Assembly: GCA_049514515.1 (NCBI GenBank)
Contig: JBEKUZ010000015.1
Coordinates: 2,606 to 66,605, forward strand
Source: Thermodesulfobacteriota bacterium
Lineage (GTDB): Bacteria; Desulfobacterota; BSN033; UBA1163
Length of the DNA stretch: 64,000 nt
Direction: 5' to 3'
The position numbers were made by a program, and so were the translations under genes. Shown here in pieces: positions 21,258-31,314 of the stretch (positions within the stretch are counted from its first letter, which is position 1; every line of letters starts with the position of its first letter). Under the pieces are notes generated by a model. That model was not told the origin of the DNA. It searched no databases and saw only the letters and a program-made list of their open reading frames with translations.

Positions 21258-22826
21258 ATGCAAGGGTTTCAGACGATTAAAGAAATATTGCTGTGGCTGG
21301 AGAAATGTTTCGGGAACAAAATGGGCATCGTGGATTACCCTGGAGGGAAGCGGTGGACTTTCCGGGAGTTGAATGATTACTCCAGGAGAATCTGCGCCAG
21401 TTACAAGAACGATGGGTCGGTTGAAAAAGGAGATAGGATCAGCTGGTTATCGCTGACGCCGTCGACTGACGTGATTGCCTTAAGCTTCGGTGCCAGAAAG
21501 ATGGGGGCCGTACCCGTGCTCATAAACGCAAGAGCAAGTTTGGAGTTTATCGCCTGGATGATCAATCATGTCGGGGCAAAGAGCCTCGCCTACAGCAGTG
21601 AATGCGTGGATATCGTCAGGAGCGTGCGGGAAATGGGTATTCCCAGCGTCCGGGAATATATCGCGTTAAAGGAGCGAGGCGATTTTCCAGGAGAGCTCAC
21701 GATCGATGAGTTATACGACCAATATAAAGCCGCGGAGGAACCTGGCGTACAGATTACGGAGGATGATGATTGCTTAGTTTGCTATACTTCCGGAACGACG
21801 GGCAGGCCGAAACCAGTGTTGCACAAGGAAAGAGAGTGGTCGTGGACGAATATGATCGCAGCATACCAATTTGGTTTATACTTTGATGATATCGTTCTCA
21901 ATGCCACGGCTCCCGGCTTCATCGGTTGGGCTCATGCGACTTGTCGCTGTCTACGTACTGCCGCCAAACAGTGTTGTCTTCGATTTGTGCCTGCCACCTA
22001 TCTTCAGGCCGTCGACGATGAGAAACCAACCCATGGTTCTCTTTCACCGACCCTGGTCAGAATGCTATATCGCGATTATCAAGAGCATCACGGAAAATTA
22101 AGATTAGATTCGTTGCGTACCGCACTTGTTTCGGGAGAGCCAGTTACTGAGGACATCATTGCGAAGATTAAGGAAATGTTCCCCAATCTGGTATCCATGG
22201 GCTCCCTCGGGGCAACGGAAGCGATCAGCATGACGACGGGCCCCCAGAATGCTTATTTGAGGACGCATTTGGATACGGTCGGGAAGCCAGTGCCGGGGAT
22301 GATCGCAGAGCTTCGCGATACGGAAACCGGAGAGATGATCGCCGAGCCAGACAAGCCCGGGGAGCTATACGTGAGAGGTCCAGGCGTTGCGAGTGGTATT
22401 TGGAACGATCCAGAGGCAACTGAGAAAAGTTTTCCTGGCGGATGGTGGAAAACGGGTGACCTATTAAGCGCAGACAAGAACGGGTACTATTACTTCTCGG
22501 GCAGATCGGACTACATGTTCAAAAGCGGTGTGATAAAGGTATATTCCGTGGAAGTGGAGACGAACCTGAAGACACACCCTGCCGTGCTGGATGCAGTCGT
22601 TGTTCCAGTGCCTCACGAAACGTTTGGTTCTGTCCCTTTCGCCCACATACGCAACAAAGAACCGTTGACGGCGACGGACATGGAGAGCTGGTGGTTGCAA
22701 CGAGGATTCGCGAGGTATAATCGACCTCGAAAATGGAGTTTCTGGGGAGAAAAGGAATTCCCGATGATCACTTCGGTCAAGATAGACAGGAAGAAGCTGC
22801 AACAGATGGCGACGGAGAGCAATTAA
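21258..22826 (+). CDS. Acyl/aryl-CoA ligase, copy 2 (paralogue of 10332-11900)
   Basis: Same length from ATG 21258; near-identical N-terminus and ANL motifs. Confidence 0.9.
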   Translation: MQGFQTIKEILLWLEKCFGNKMGIVDYPGGKRWTFRELNDYSRRICASYKNDGSVEKGDRISWLSLTPSTDVIALSFGARKMGAVPVLINARASLEFIAWMINHVGAKSLAYSSECVDIVRSVREMGIPSVREYIALKERGDFPGELTIDELYDQYKAAEEPGVQITEDDDCLVCYTSGTTGRPKPVLHKEREWSWTNMIAAYQFGLYFDDIVLNATAPGFIGWAHATCRCLRTAAKQCCLRFVPATYLQAVDDEKPTHGSLSPTLVRMLYRDYQEHHGKLRLDSLRTALVSGEPVTEDIIAKIKEMFPNLVSMGSLGATEAISMTTGPQNAYLRTHLDTVGKPVPGMIAELRDTETGEMIAEPDKPGELYVRGPGVASGIWNDPEATEKSFPGGWWKTGDLLSADKNGYYYFSGRSDYMFKSGVIKVYSVEVETNLKTHPAVLDAVVVPVPHETFGSVPFAHIRNKEPLTATDMESWWLQRGFARYNRPRKWSFWGEKEFPMITSVKIDRKKLQQMATESN

Positions 22827-23170
22827 AATTTTGTGACACGGATGCGGCAAAGAGAAGTCATGGCACATGATATGGCACTTGTATTTGAAGAGGCAGTTGA
22901 AACAGTCAAAATGTATCCGGGCGTGAAGCGGAAAAAGACATAGAGCTGTTCATTAAGCTTTATTTGCGTACGCTGAAGAAACGTTGGTGAAAGAAAACTA
23001 CTTTTGAATCCCGTCGCATGTGGGCCGTCTAAGGTTCTGTCCGAGAAGATACAATATTAAGTGACACAGCCGATGCTTTTGATGAAGGGGACATACAATG
23101 GTGATTGATGTTCAAACGCATCGCTTTACCTTGTCGATAACGGGTTGTCCTGAAAGAAAGGAGTTGTAAG

Positions 23171-24871
23171 ATGGCTAAAATAGAGGATCTGGGAGAGGTA
23201 ATCTCCACGGATGTGCTTATCGTTGGGGGTGGTATTAGCGGTCTTGCGGGGGCGATCAAAGCCAAAGAAGAATCATCGAAGCTGGAAGTTCTTTTAGTGG
23301 ACAAGCAGACTGTTGGGTGGGCAGGAAAGGCGTCGAAGGGAGGGGGGTACTTCATCGCATTGGGGGAGAAAGACGACGTGGATGAGTTTGTTGAATATCA
23401 TGTCAGAAACCTTGGATGCTATCTGAACGATCAGGAGTTGTTATATTCGTATGCCCGCCGATTTAATGAGACCGTTGAACAGGTTGCGGCTTGGGGAGCA
23501 AAGGTGGCAATGAATGCAGAGGGAAGGTTAGACACCGTCAAATGTCCACTTTTTGACCCTCGGTTCACGCCGAAATGGTCGATCGTTGGTGTAGATCTGG
23601 ATATGATGATGCCTTTACGGACGAGGGCTCGTAAAGCGGGAGTAAAAATACTAAACAAAGTCCAGGTGGTTGAGCTTCTGAAGCAGGATGACCGGATTGA
23701 GGGGGTGGTCGGCTTCAATCTGATCGATGGCCGCTTCTATATCATCAAGGCGAAGGCCACCATATTGGCGAACGGTAGTTGCAACTACAAGGTAAAGAGA
23801 ATGTGGCACTCCGGTTGCGGTGATGGCATTGCCGCGGCTTATCGTGCCGGGGCTGAGATAAGAAACGCTGAGTTTGGTAATTTCTTCGACGTTCATCGGA
23901 GGGACAATGACGGGCCGGCCTTCGACTATACCGCTCTCTATAATGCCTTAGGAGAAAACATCTCCCAGCGATATCGGCCCGAGCCACGACCTGACATTAC
24001 CGTGGATCTGCTTTTAGGTATGGAAAAGGAGGTAAAGGAAGGGAGGGGGCCGATCTATTGGGACCTGTCAGGGGCAAAGAAGCTGAGGGAGCCTATTCGT
24101 CGCTGGAACCGGCCCCGTTTCATTAGGTTTCACGACTACACACTGTCGAAGGAGCTTAAATACGGGACACCTCTATCGGCAAGGGCCGAGGTTTCAGTGG
24201 CCCTCAATGCCGAGCTTTCGCCTATCCGAGTAGACCATGCGATGAAAACCAGCCTTGCCGGCCTGTGGGCCACCGGGGACACCAGCCTCATGGGCTCAGG
24301 TTGTGTAGGGGCGGTATTTGCGCCCCCTGCTTTGATCAGAGGCATTGGCCTGGGGAATTCCGTACAATCTGCGTTGAGAGCAGCTCCATCCGCCGCCCGT
24401 TTTGCCTCTCAGGCATCAGCGCCTAAGATTAGCTACGGGGAAGTAAAGCGGTTGAAGGAGGTGATATTTGCTCCGATGGGGCGCACCAAGGGATTTTCTG
24501 CTGAAGAAGCCATTTATGGCATACAGGATGTCATGTGTCGGGTTCAATATAACCTACGCAGGAGCAAAGAGCGGTTGGAGGAGGGTCTGTCCAAGATCGA
24601 GAAAGTGCAGCAGAGATTACCGGAGTTGTGGGCGAAGGACGGTCACAGTCTGGGTAAGTGTCATGAGGCGAGGAATATCGCCGTATGCGGTGAGATGACC
24701 TTAAGGGCGGCTTTGACGAGGACAGAAAGCAGGGGGACACATATCCGGGAGGACTATCCGAATCGGGACGACAAGAATTGGCTCAAGTGGACGATCATCA
24801 GAGAGAAGTCGGGGAAGATGGTTGTTTCTACCGAGCCGGTACCTATAGAAAAATACAAGTTCAAACCGTGA
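23171..24871 (+). CDS. AprA/SdhA-superfamily FAD oxidoreductase, copy 2
   Basis: 566 aa, colinear with 13358-15058; C-terminal ~160 codons almost identical at DNA level. Confidence 0.85.
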   Translation: MAKIEDLGEVISTDVLIVGGGISGLAGAIKAKEESSKLEVLLVDKQTVGWAGKASKGGGYFIALGEKDDVDEFVEYHVRNLGCYLNDQELLYSYARRFNETVEQVAAWGAKVAMNAEGRLDTVKCPLFDPRFTPKWSIVGVDLDMMMPLRTRARKAGVKILNKVQVVELLKQDDRIEGVVGFNLIDGRFYIIKAKATILANGSCNYKVKRMWHSGCGDGIAAAYRAGAEIRNAEFGNFFDVHRRDNDGPAFDYTALYNALGENISQRYRPEPRPDITVDLLLGMEKEVKEGRGPIYWDLSGAKKLREPIRRWNRPRFIRFHDYTLSKELKYGTPLSARAEVSVALNAELSPIRVDHAMKTSLAGLWATGDTSLMGSGCVGAVFAPPALIRGIGLGNSVQSALRAAPSAARFASQASAPKISYGEVKRLKEVIFAPMGRTKGFSAEEAIYGIQDVMCRVQYNLRRSKERLEEGLSKIEKVQQRLPELWAKDGHSLGKCHEARNIAVCGEMTLRAALTRTESRGTHIREDYPNRDDKNWLKWTIIREKSGKMVVSTEPVPIEKYKFKP

Positions 24872-25084
24872 AAGAGGCCGAAAGCCGAAGAGCTTCAGGA
24901 TATTCTCAGAGAAGACTTTATCCCTTTTGGAAGGAGAGGTAGCTTTCGCAATCGCCCACAATAGTGATTCCTTGGGAGCCGGGGAACGATAATGTCTATC
25001 GGGCGGGGTGAAGGATTTATTTTTTGTGGAATGAACTTGTGATTCTAATAGCGGATAGATTCGCAAGGGAAGGGATAAGACAAA

Positions 25085-25951
25085 ATGAAGAATTTTGAAT
25101 ATCTCGAACCTCGGACAGTTGCAGAAGCTGTCTTTTTACTCACGGAGTACGGTGATGAAGCAAAGGTACTCGCAGGCGGTACCGATCTCATCGTCCAGAT
25201 GAAGTTGAAGAAGCAGACTCCAAAATACTTGGTCAATATCAAGAAGATTTCTGATTTAGACTATATAAGGTATGACAATAAATTTTTGAGAATCGGGGCC
25301 TTAACCACCTTTTCCGCATTAGCTCAATCTACAATGATTCAGGAAAATTTTAGCATACTGATGGATTCTGTTCGTGCCGTGGGCCCGCTTCAGATTAGAA
25401 ATAGGGGAACCATCGCGGGCAACTTATGTCATGCATCCCCTTCCGCTGATACAGCTCCATCTTTGCTTGCATTGGATGCAAGAGTGAAGACGGTTAGCTT
25501 GGGAGAAGAAAGAATGATACCGATAAAGGAGTTTTTCAAAGGACCCTTTGCGACATGCCTTAAGGCAGGGGAGTTGCTTACAGAAATCCTGGTGCCGAGC
25601 ATACCCTCAAACACCGGGGGGACCTATCTTTGGCTCCCAAAGAAAACGGCGGTGGATGAGACCTTGGTGGGAGTGGCGACCTTAGTGACACTGGATGTCA
25701 ATGGTGTCTGCGACGATGTCAAAATAGGTTTGGGCTCCGTTGCCCCGACACCCATCAGGGCCGAGAAGGCAGAAAAACTGCTTCATAAAAAGAAAATAGA
25801 GGATGGACTCCTGAGTGAAGTAGGGGAGATGGCCGTTGACGAAGCCGCGCCCCGTTCAAGAGCAGAATATCGAGCGAAGATGGTTAGTGTCCTTGTAGTC
25901 AGAGCGTTAAAGGAATCGGTAAGGAAGGTAGTATCTCATATGCGTAATTAA
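25085..25951 (+). CDS. Xanthine dehydrogenase family FAD subunit (CoxM/HcrB-like, no Fe-S insert)
   Basis: AGGTDL, QIRNRGTIAGN, ASPSAD motifs. Confidence 0.92.
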   Translation: MKNFEYLEPRTVAEAVFLLTEYGDEAKVLAGGTDLIVQMKLKKQTPKYLVNIKKISDLDYIRYDNKFLRIGALTTFSALAQSTMIQENFSILMDSVRAVGPLQIRNRGTIAGNLCHASPSADTAPSLLALDARVKTVSLGEERMIPIKEFFKGPFATCLKAGELLTEILVPSIPSNTGGTYLWLPKKTAVDETLVGVATLVTLDVNGVCDDVKIGLGSVAPTPIRAEKAEKLLHKKKIEDGLLSEVGEMAVDEAAPRSRAEYRAKMVSVLVVRALKESVRKVVSHMRN

Positions 25952-26006
25952 TTTTATTTTGTTCTATCCATGATTTTGAACCGGACAGGATGAGGGGGGC
26001 ATAACT

Positions 26007-26507
26007 ATGAAATGCTTGATAAGGTTAAAGGTGAATGGAGAGACATATGAAATCGCAGTGGAACCTAGGAAAACGCTGTTGGATGTGATCAGAAACGAGA
26101 TTGGTCTAACGGGTACGAAGAAAGGTTGCAACATGGGTGAGTGTGGCGCCTGTACGGTTCTTCTTGACGGGAAGGCGGTTTGCTCCTGTTTGGTATTGGG
26201 AGTAGAGGCAGATAGAAGGGAAGTGATAACGATCGAAGGATTGGGAAACGGGGTTCACCCAGATCCATTGCAGGAGGCGTTCGTCAAGCATGGTGCCATC
26301 CAATGTGGATTTTGCACCCCCGGTATGATCATGACTGCCCGAAAGCTGTTGGATGAGAATCCAAGCCCAAGCGAAGAAGAGGTAAGAGAGGCCATCTGTG
26401 GCAATCTCTGCCGGTGCACAGGCTACGTAAAGATTGTTGAAGCGGTGTTGGATGTCGCAAGAAGTGAAAAAGGGGGTAGAGATGCAGGACTACTCAGTCA
26501 TAGGTAA
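26007..26507 (+). CDS. Xanthine dehydrogenase family 2x[2Fe-2S] subunit
   Basis: GCNMGECGACTV, QCGFCTPG, NLCRCTGY. Confidence 0.95.
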   Translation: MKCLIRLKVNGETYEIAVEPRKTLLDVIRNEIGLTGTKKGCNMGECGACTVLLDGKAVCSCLVLGVEADRREVITIEGLGNGVHPDPLQEAFVKHGAIQCGFCTPGMIMTARKLLDENPSPSEEEVREAICGNLCRCTGYVKIVEAVLDVARSEKGGRDAGLLSHR

Positions 26508-28791
26508 GCGGCTTCCCCGATTAGACGGAATGGAGATCGTTACCGGAAAAGCAAAATATACAGATGATATCGTACTGCCCGGGACGTTGGCCGGAAAAAT
26601 TTTAACAAGTGAATATCCTCATGCCAGGATCCTTCATATCGATACCAGCAAAGCTGAAAAATTATCCGGGGTCAGGGGAATCATCACTGGCAAGAACGTT
26701 CCGATGGTCCAATATGGCTTCGCCAATTTCGTAAGGGACGAGTACCCATTAGCTTTCGATAAGGTACGGTATATCGGGGATGAGATTGCAGCAGTCGCTG
26801 CCATAGATGAAGATATCGCTGAGGAGGCGCTGGATCTGATTGAGGTGGAATATGAGGAACTCCCTTCGGTTTTCGATCCAGAGGAAGCGATGAAACCGGG
26901 TGCGCCGCGAATTCATGAGCATGCAGAGCGCAATATCTGCAGCAACCATGTGAGTCATGTGATTGGCGATGTGGATAAGGGATTTAGAGAATCCGACTAC
27001 GTCCGGGAAGATAGGTTTGTGACGCAAAACGTAAGTCACTGCTTTTTAGAAACCCGAAATTGTCTGGCCGATTTCAATGCCAATGGGGAATTGACCTTTT
27101 GGACATCGACGAGTTCGATTTATCTGGATCGTTTCGTGCTATCTCACTTATTGAAGATACCGGTGAGCAAGATAAAGGGGAATAGACCTTTTGTTGGAGG
27201 GGGTTTCGGTGGTAAGGGGGAAACGGTATCCTGTCAGATTTGCGCTGCTCTTCTATCCATGAAAACAGGAAAACCGGTAAAGATTACCCTTTCGAGAGAA
27301 GAACAATTTATTGCTGATCGTGGCAGACATAGATGGATTTTCGAGTTAAGAACGGGTGCCAAAAAAGACGGGACCATCATCGCCAAACAGTGCCGAGCGA
27401 TTGCTGATGCAGGAGCGTATAACTCATTGAGTTTTCTCATTCTCATGCACAGCGTCGGTTATTTTGATATCGTCTACCGGGTACCTAACGTGAGGTACGA
27501 TGGCGATATGGTGTATACGAATAACCCACCCTGCGGAGCAATGCGTTCTTTTGATTGTGTCCAGCTTCGGCTCGCGGATGATTCTCATATGGATATGCTC
27601 GCCAGGGATTTGGGAATAGATACGATCGATCTTTACTTGAAAAATGTGAGTGGGCCGGGTGATCTAACGGCCAGCAGATACAAACTCGATAGCAACGGCC
27701 TGCGAGAGTGCATCGAGAGAGTCAGAGACGACAGTGGTTGGAGGGACAAACGAGGCAGGTTACCCGTTGGGCGAGGAATAGGCTTTGCCGTAGGTGCTTC
27801 CATTGCAGGTGCTAAGAGCAGTAATGACGATCCCGATGCCTCTTCTGCACTTGTGAAGATTAACGAAGATGGTTCGGTCAATCTCCTCATCGCCGCGCAT
27901 GACGCGGGACAAGGGTCGAGGACTGTTTTTTCTCAGACCGTTGCAGAAGAATTGGGGATCGCCATCGACGATGTCAAGGTGAATTTTGTCATCGATACAG
28001 ACATAATTCCACAGGATCAAGGATCTTACGCCAGCCGGACTACGATCGGACTGGGGAATGCTGTACTGGCCGCTTGTAGAGACGCCAAACGTCAGATATT
28101 CGAGGTCGTCGCTGATCAACTACACGCCTCTGCTGAAGACTTGGAAGCAAAGGATGGGGTGATCTACTTGAAAGGGTCACCCGATGGAAGAGTGTCTTTT
28201 AAAGATGAAGGTGGTGCTCTATCCCTTTGTCTGACTTCCAAGAAAGTGGTGTTTCCCATTATAGGTAGAGGCCACTTTGAGCCGGAGACCGAGCCTTTCG
28301 ACTGGAAAACAGGCGAGGGAAATATATCGATTGCTTATGGTTTTACCGCAAAGGTTGCAGAGGTCGAAGTCGATACTGAAACGGGTCGCGTAAAGGTACT
28401 CAACGTGACTTCCGCCAGTGATGTCGGTAAAGCGTTAAACCCTTTGTTTCTGGAGGGACAGGACGAAGGGGCGATTGCCATGGGTATTGGACAGGCGCTG
28501 TTTGAGAAGCTTGAGTTAGACAAAGGTCAAATACTTAATCCATCATTTTCGGAGTACAAGATCCCCACTGCGTTGGACATGCCGCGGACGATAAGATCCA
28601 CTTGGGTGGAGACCCTTGACCCTCATTCACCATTCGGAGCAAAAGGGATTGGGGAGGCGGTTATTGTTCCGATGCCTGCGGCCATAGCCAACGCCGTATA
28701 CGATGCCGTCGGGGTGAGGATCAACGAATTTCCCATAACTCCTGATAAGATTCTGGAAGAGGTGGAGAAAAAAGGAAAGTTAGGCGAATGA
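26482..28791 (+). CDS. Xanthine dehydrogenase family molybdopterin-binding subunit (HcrA/CoxL-like)
   Basis: VGGGFGGK, GQGSRT, SYASR, GAKGIGE; active-site loop reads AMRSFD. Confidence 0.92.
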   Translation: MQDYSVIGKRLPRLDGMEIVTGKAKYTDDIVLPGTLAGKILTSEYPHARILHIDTSKAEKLSGVRGIITGKNVPMVQYGFANFVRDEYPLAFDKVRYIGDEIAAVAAIDEDIAEEALDLIEVEYEELPSVFDPEEAMKPGAPRIHEHAERNICSNHVSHVIGDVDKGFRESDYVREDRFVTQNVSHCFLETRNCLADFNANGELTFWTSTSSIYLDRFVLSHLLKIPVSKIKGNRPFVGGGFGGKGETVSCQICAALLSMKTGKPVKITLSREEQFIADRGRHRWIFELRTGAKKDGTIIAKQCRAIADAGAYNSLSFLILMHSVGYFDIVYRVPNVRYDGDMVYTNNPPCGAMRSFDCVQLRLADDSHMDMLARDLGIDTIDLYLKNVSGPGDLTASRYKLDSNGLRECIERVRDDSGWRDKRGRLPVGRGIGFAVGASIAGAKSSNDDPDASSALVKINEDGSVNLLIAAHDAGQGSRTVFSQTVAEELGIAIDDVKVNFVIDTDIIPQDQGSYASRTTIGLGNAVLAACRDAKRQIFEVVADQLHASAEDLEAKDGVIYLKGSPDGRVSFKDEGGALSLCLTSKKVVFPIIGRGHFEPETEPFDWKTGEGNISIAYGFTAKVAEVEVDTETGRVKVLNVTSASDVGKALNPLFLEGQDEGAIAMGIGQALFEKLELDKGQILNPSFSEYKIPTALDMPRTIRSTWVETLDPHSPFGAKGIGEAVIVPMPAAIANAVYDAVGVRINEFPITPDKILEEVEKKGKLGE

Positions 28792-28924
28792 AAGCCATGA
28801 GGGCTGCTTGGCCAAAAAATATTTCAAACGGGATGAGATTCAATTTTAAGTAAAAAGGGGAATGAAGAGAAGGATTCGCCCCGTTCCGAGAAAAAGTATT
28901 CTTGGTCCCAAAAAGGAGCTGAAA

Positions 28925-31309
28925 ATGGCACTCGGCAATGCAAAAGGCGGCGACAGAGTGAGTAAGCTAAAAGAGAAAGTCCTCGTTTCACCTTCTCTGT
29001 GCATCGAGAGAGGTTACTGGATGACAGAGTCTTATAAAGAAACCGAGACCGAGTTGCCTATTATCAGGAGAGCAAAGGGTCTGGCCAAAGTCTTAGAAAA
29101 TATGACCATTGCTATCGAAGATGGAGAGTTGATCGTAGGCCGAACGACGAGTAAAGTTCGCGGAGGCGCTATTCTCCCTGAAGTGGACTGGCGGTGGTAT
29201 TTAGAAGAAGCGGACACGATCTCTACCAGAGAATGGAACAGGTTTGCACCCTTGTCAGAAGAGGAAAAGGCGAAAATGAGGGAATTCCTTCCCTATTGGA
29301 GAGGAAAATCCCTGTATGAAAAGTGGGATACCATGTTGCCAGAGGAGGCGCGAAAACGGTATCACGTGATCCATGAAGCAGGCGCCTTTTCTGCAGCTTG
29401 CATCCATCCGGGTCACACCATTCCCGACTATGGGAAGGTACTTGCCACGGGGCTAAGTGGGATAAAGAAACAAGTCGATGTAGAATTAGGAAAACTGAAT
29501 CTCGCCAAGATAGAGGATTTCAGGAAGTACCATTTTTACAAGGCGGTCAATATAACACTTGAGGGGGCGGTTCATTTCGCTAGAAGGTATGCAGCGCTTG
29601 CCCGGAATTTAGCTGCGGACGAGACCCATAGCCAAAGGAAGGCCGAATTGAAAAGGATAGCAGAAAGTTGCGAGCGGGTTCCGGCCAATCCGGCGCGTAG
29701 TTTCTGCGAGGCTATCCAATCGATATGGCTCACCTATGTTCCCCTGATCGTTGAAGGACTAAGTTATGGGATCGGTTTCGGAAGAGCTGACCAGTACCTG
29801 TATCCCTTCTATAAGAAAGACTTGGAAGAAGGAAGGATTACTAAGAGAGAAGCGCGTGAGTTGATTGCGTTGCTTTGCATTAAAATAAACGGGACAGTAA
29901 TCCCGCAGTGCGAGGCAGTCGTCACAACCTTTGGTGGGCATCCTCTTACATGCAATTTTACAGTGGGAGGGTTAACCAAAGACGGGAGGGATGCCGTCAA
30001 TGAGCTATCCTACCTTTTTCTGGATGCTCAGGAGGACACGGGGCTATCCGCGGACGACGTGGTCGTCAGAATTCATAAAAATACCCCCAATGCCTTTTTA
30101 ATCAGAGCATGCCAAGTTGCCAAATCGCTGAGGGGAAAATTTAAGTGGGTCAGCGATGAGACATGCATCCAGCAATTGCTTCATGACGGAAAACCGATTG
30201 AATATGCACGGGACTATTGCGTAGACGGCTGTTTCCAGCCGACCGTCGGCGGTTACTCTCAGGATATCCCCGGAGGGCCGTTTAATCTGCCGCTCATGTT
30301 GGAGTTAGCGCTCAATAACGGTATCTCCCGGATCACAGGCGAACAAATTGGCCCCCAAACAGGGGACCCCCGAAAATTCAAATCTTACGACGACGTATGG
30401 GATGCCTACAAGAAACAGGTAGAAGCGCTCATCCCTTATGCCATTCTCTACAAAAACTCGGATAGGCAACTCTATGCCGAGTTTTGTCCGTCCCCATACC
30501 AATCCGCCATTTTTAATGGTTGCATCGAAAAGGGAATCGATATTATGTCCGGAGGAACCGTTCCGTATGCGACCCATTGCACATCGCTCGCGGGGGCGCC
30601 GAATGTAGGAGACTCCCTGGCAGCAATCAAAAAAGTGGTGTTTGAGGATAAGAGACTTACGATGGATCGAATCATTGACGCACTTGATGAGAATTTCGAA
30701 GGCGGAGAGGATGTGCTATGCATACTGACGGCCGCTCCGAAGTTTGGAAACGATGATGATTACGTTGATTCGATAGTGAATGACGTGCTCATGCATGGCA
30801 GTGGCGAGGTGGCCAAGGTGGAGGGTATTGCCGGGTCCTTATCCACCGCTGCTGCCGCTGTCGTTACGGGGAACGTACCACTGGGATATCACGTTGGAGC
30901 CTTACCTGACGGAAGGAAAAGAGGTGAGCCACTCTCCGAAGGCGGCATCTCTCCATACCAGGGCAGAAACGTGAGCGGGCCAACCGCCACCCTGAGATCC
31001 GTAGCAAAATTAGACCATGTAAAACTGACCGGCGGCTCTGTCTTGAACATGAGGTTCAGCCCAGCCTTGTTGAAAGATGAGTCAAATGTCAGAAAATTTG
31101 TTTCCCTGATAAGGACTTATTGTGAGACCGGCGGGTATCATGTCCAATTCAACATTGTCGATAGCGCCATGTTAAGAGACGCCCAGAAACATCCTGCAAA
31201 GTACAGAGACCTCCTGGTCAGAGTGGCGACGTATAGTGCGTACTTTGTTGAGCTGAGCCAAGAACTTCAGGAGGATATCATAAAGAGAATTGAGTTCCGG
31301 GACATGTAA
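28925..31309 (+). CDS. Glycyl-radical-enzyme homologue with Thr at the radical site (aminoacyl/threonyl radical enzyme candidate)
   Basis: PFL-like fold motifs GRADQYLYPFY, PKFGNDD, PDGRKRGEPLS, HVQFN; Cys loop DGCFQP; radical loop RVATYSAYF (ACG at 31229-31231). Confidence 0.9.
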   Translation: MALGNAKGGDRVSKLKEKVLVSPSLCIERGYWMTESYKETETELPIIRRAKGLAKVLENMTIAIEDGELIVGRTTSKVRGGAILPEVDWRWYLEEADTISTREWNRFAPLSEEEKAKMREFLPYWRGKSLYEKWDTMLPEEARKRYHVIHEAGAFSAACIHPGHTIPDYGKVLATGLSGIKKQVDVELGKLNLAKIEDFRKYHFYKAVNITLEGAVHFARRYAALARNLAADETHSQRKAELKRIAESCERVPANPARSFCEAIQSIWLTYVPLIVEGLSYGIGFGRADQYLYPFYKKDLEEGRITKREARELIALLCIKINGTVIPQCEAVVTTFGGHPLTCNFTVGGLTKDGRDAVNELSYLFLDAQEDTGLSADDVVVRIHKNTPNAFLIRACQVAKSLRGKFKWVSDETCIQQLLHDGKPIEYARDYCVDGCFQPTVGGYSQDIPGGPFNLPLMLELALNNGISRITGEQIGPQTGDPRKFKSYDDVWDAYKKQVEALIPYAILYKNSDRQLYAEFCPSPYQSAIFNGCIEKGIDIMSGGTVPYATHCTSLAGAPNVGDSLAAIKKVVFEDKRLTMDRIIDALDENFEGGEDVLCILTAAPKFGNDDDYVDSIVNDVLMHGSGEVAKVEGIAGSLSTAAAAVVTGNVPLGYHVGALPDGRKRGEPLSEGGISPYQGRNVSGPTATLRSVAKLDHVKLTGGSVLNMRFSPALLKDESNVRKFVSLIRTYCETGGYHVQFNIVDSAMLRDAQKHPAKYRDLLVRVATYSAYFVELSQELQEDIIKRIEFRDM

Positions 31310-31314
31310 ATCAA

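Noticed and set aside
22855-22895. Sigma54 promoter from tandem TGGCAC before flavoprotein copy 2
   Set aside because: Neither copy has GC at the -12 position.
26482-28791. Aerobic CO dehydrogenase CoxL
   Set aside because: The AYxCSFR copper-binding loop is absent.
28925-31309. Pyruvate formate-lyase, or an inactivated GRE pseudogene
   Set aside because: No adjacent Cys-Cys pair as in PFL; the ORF and activase are intact and the Gly-to-Thr change needs two substitutions.
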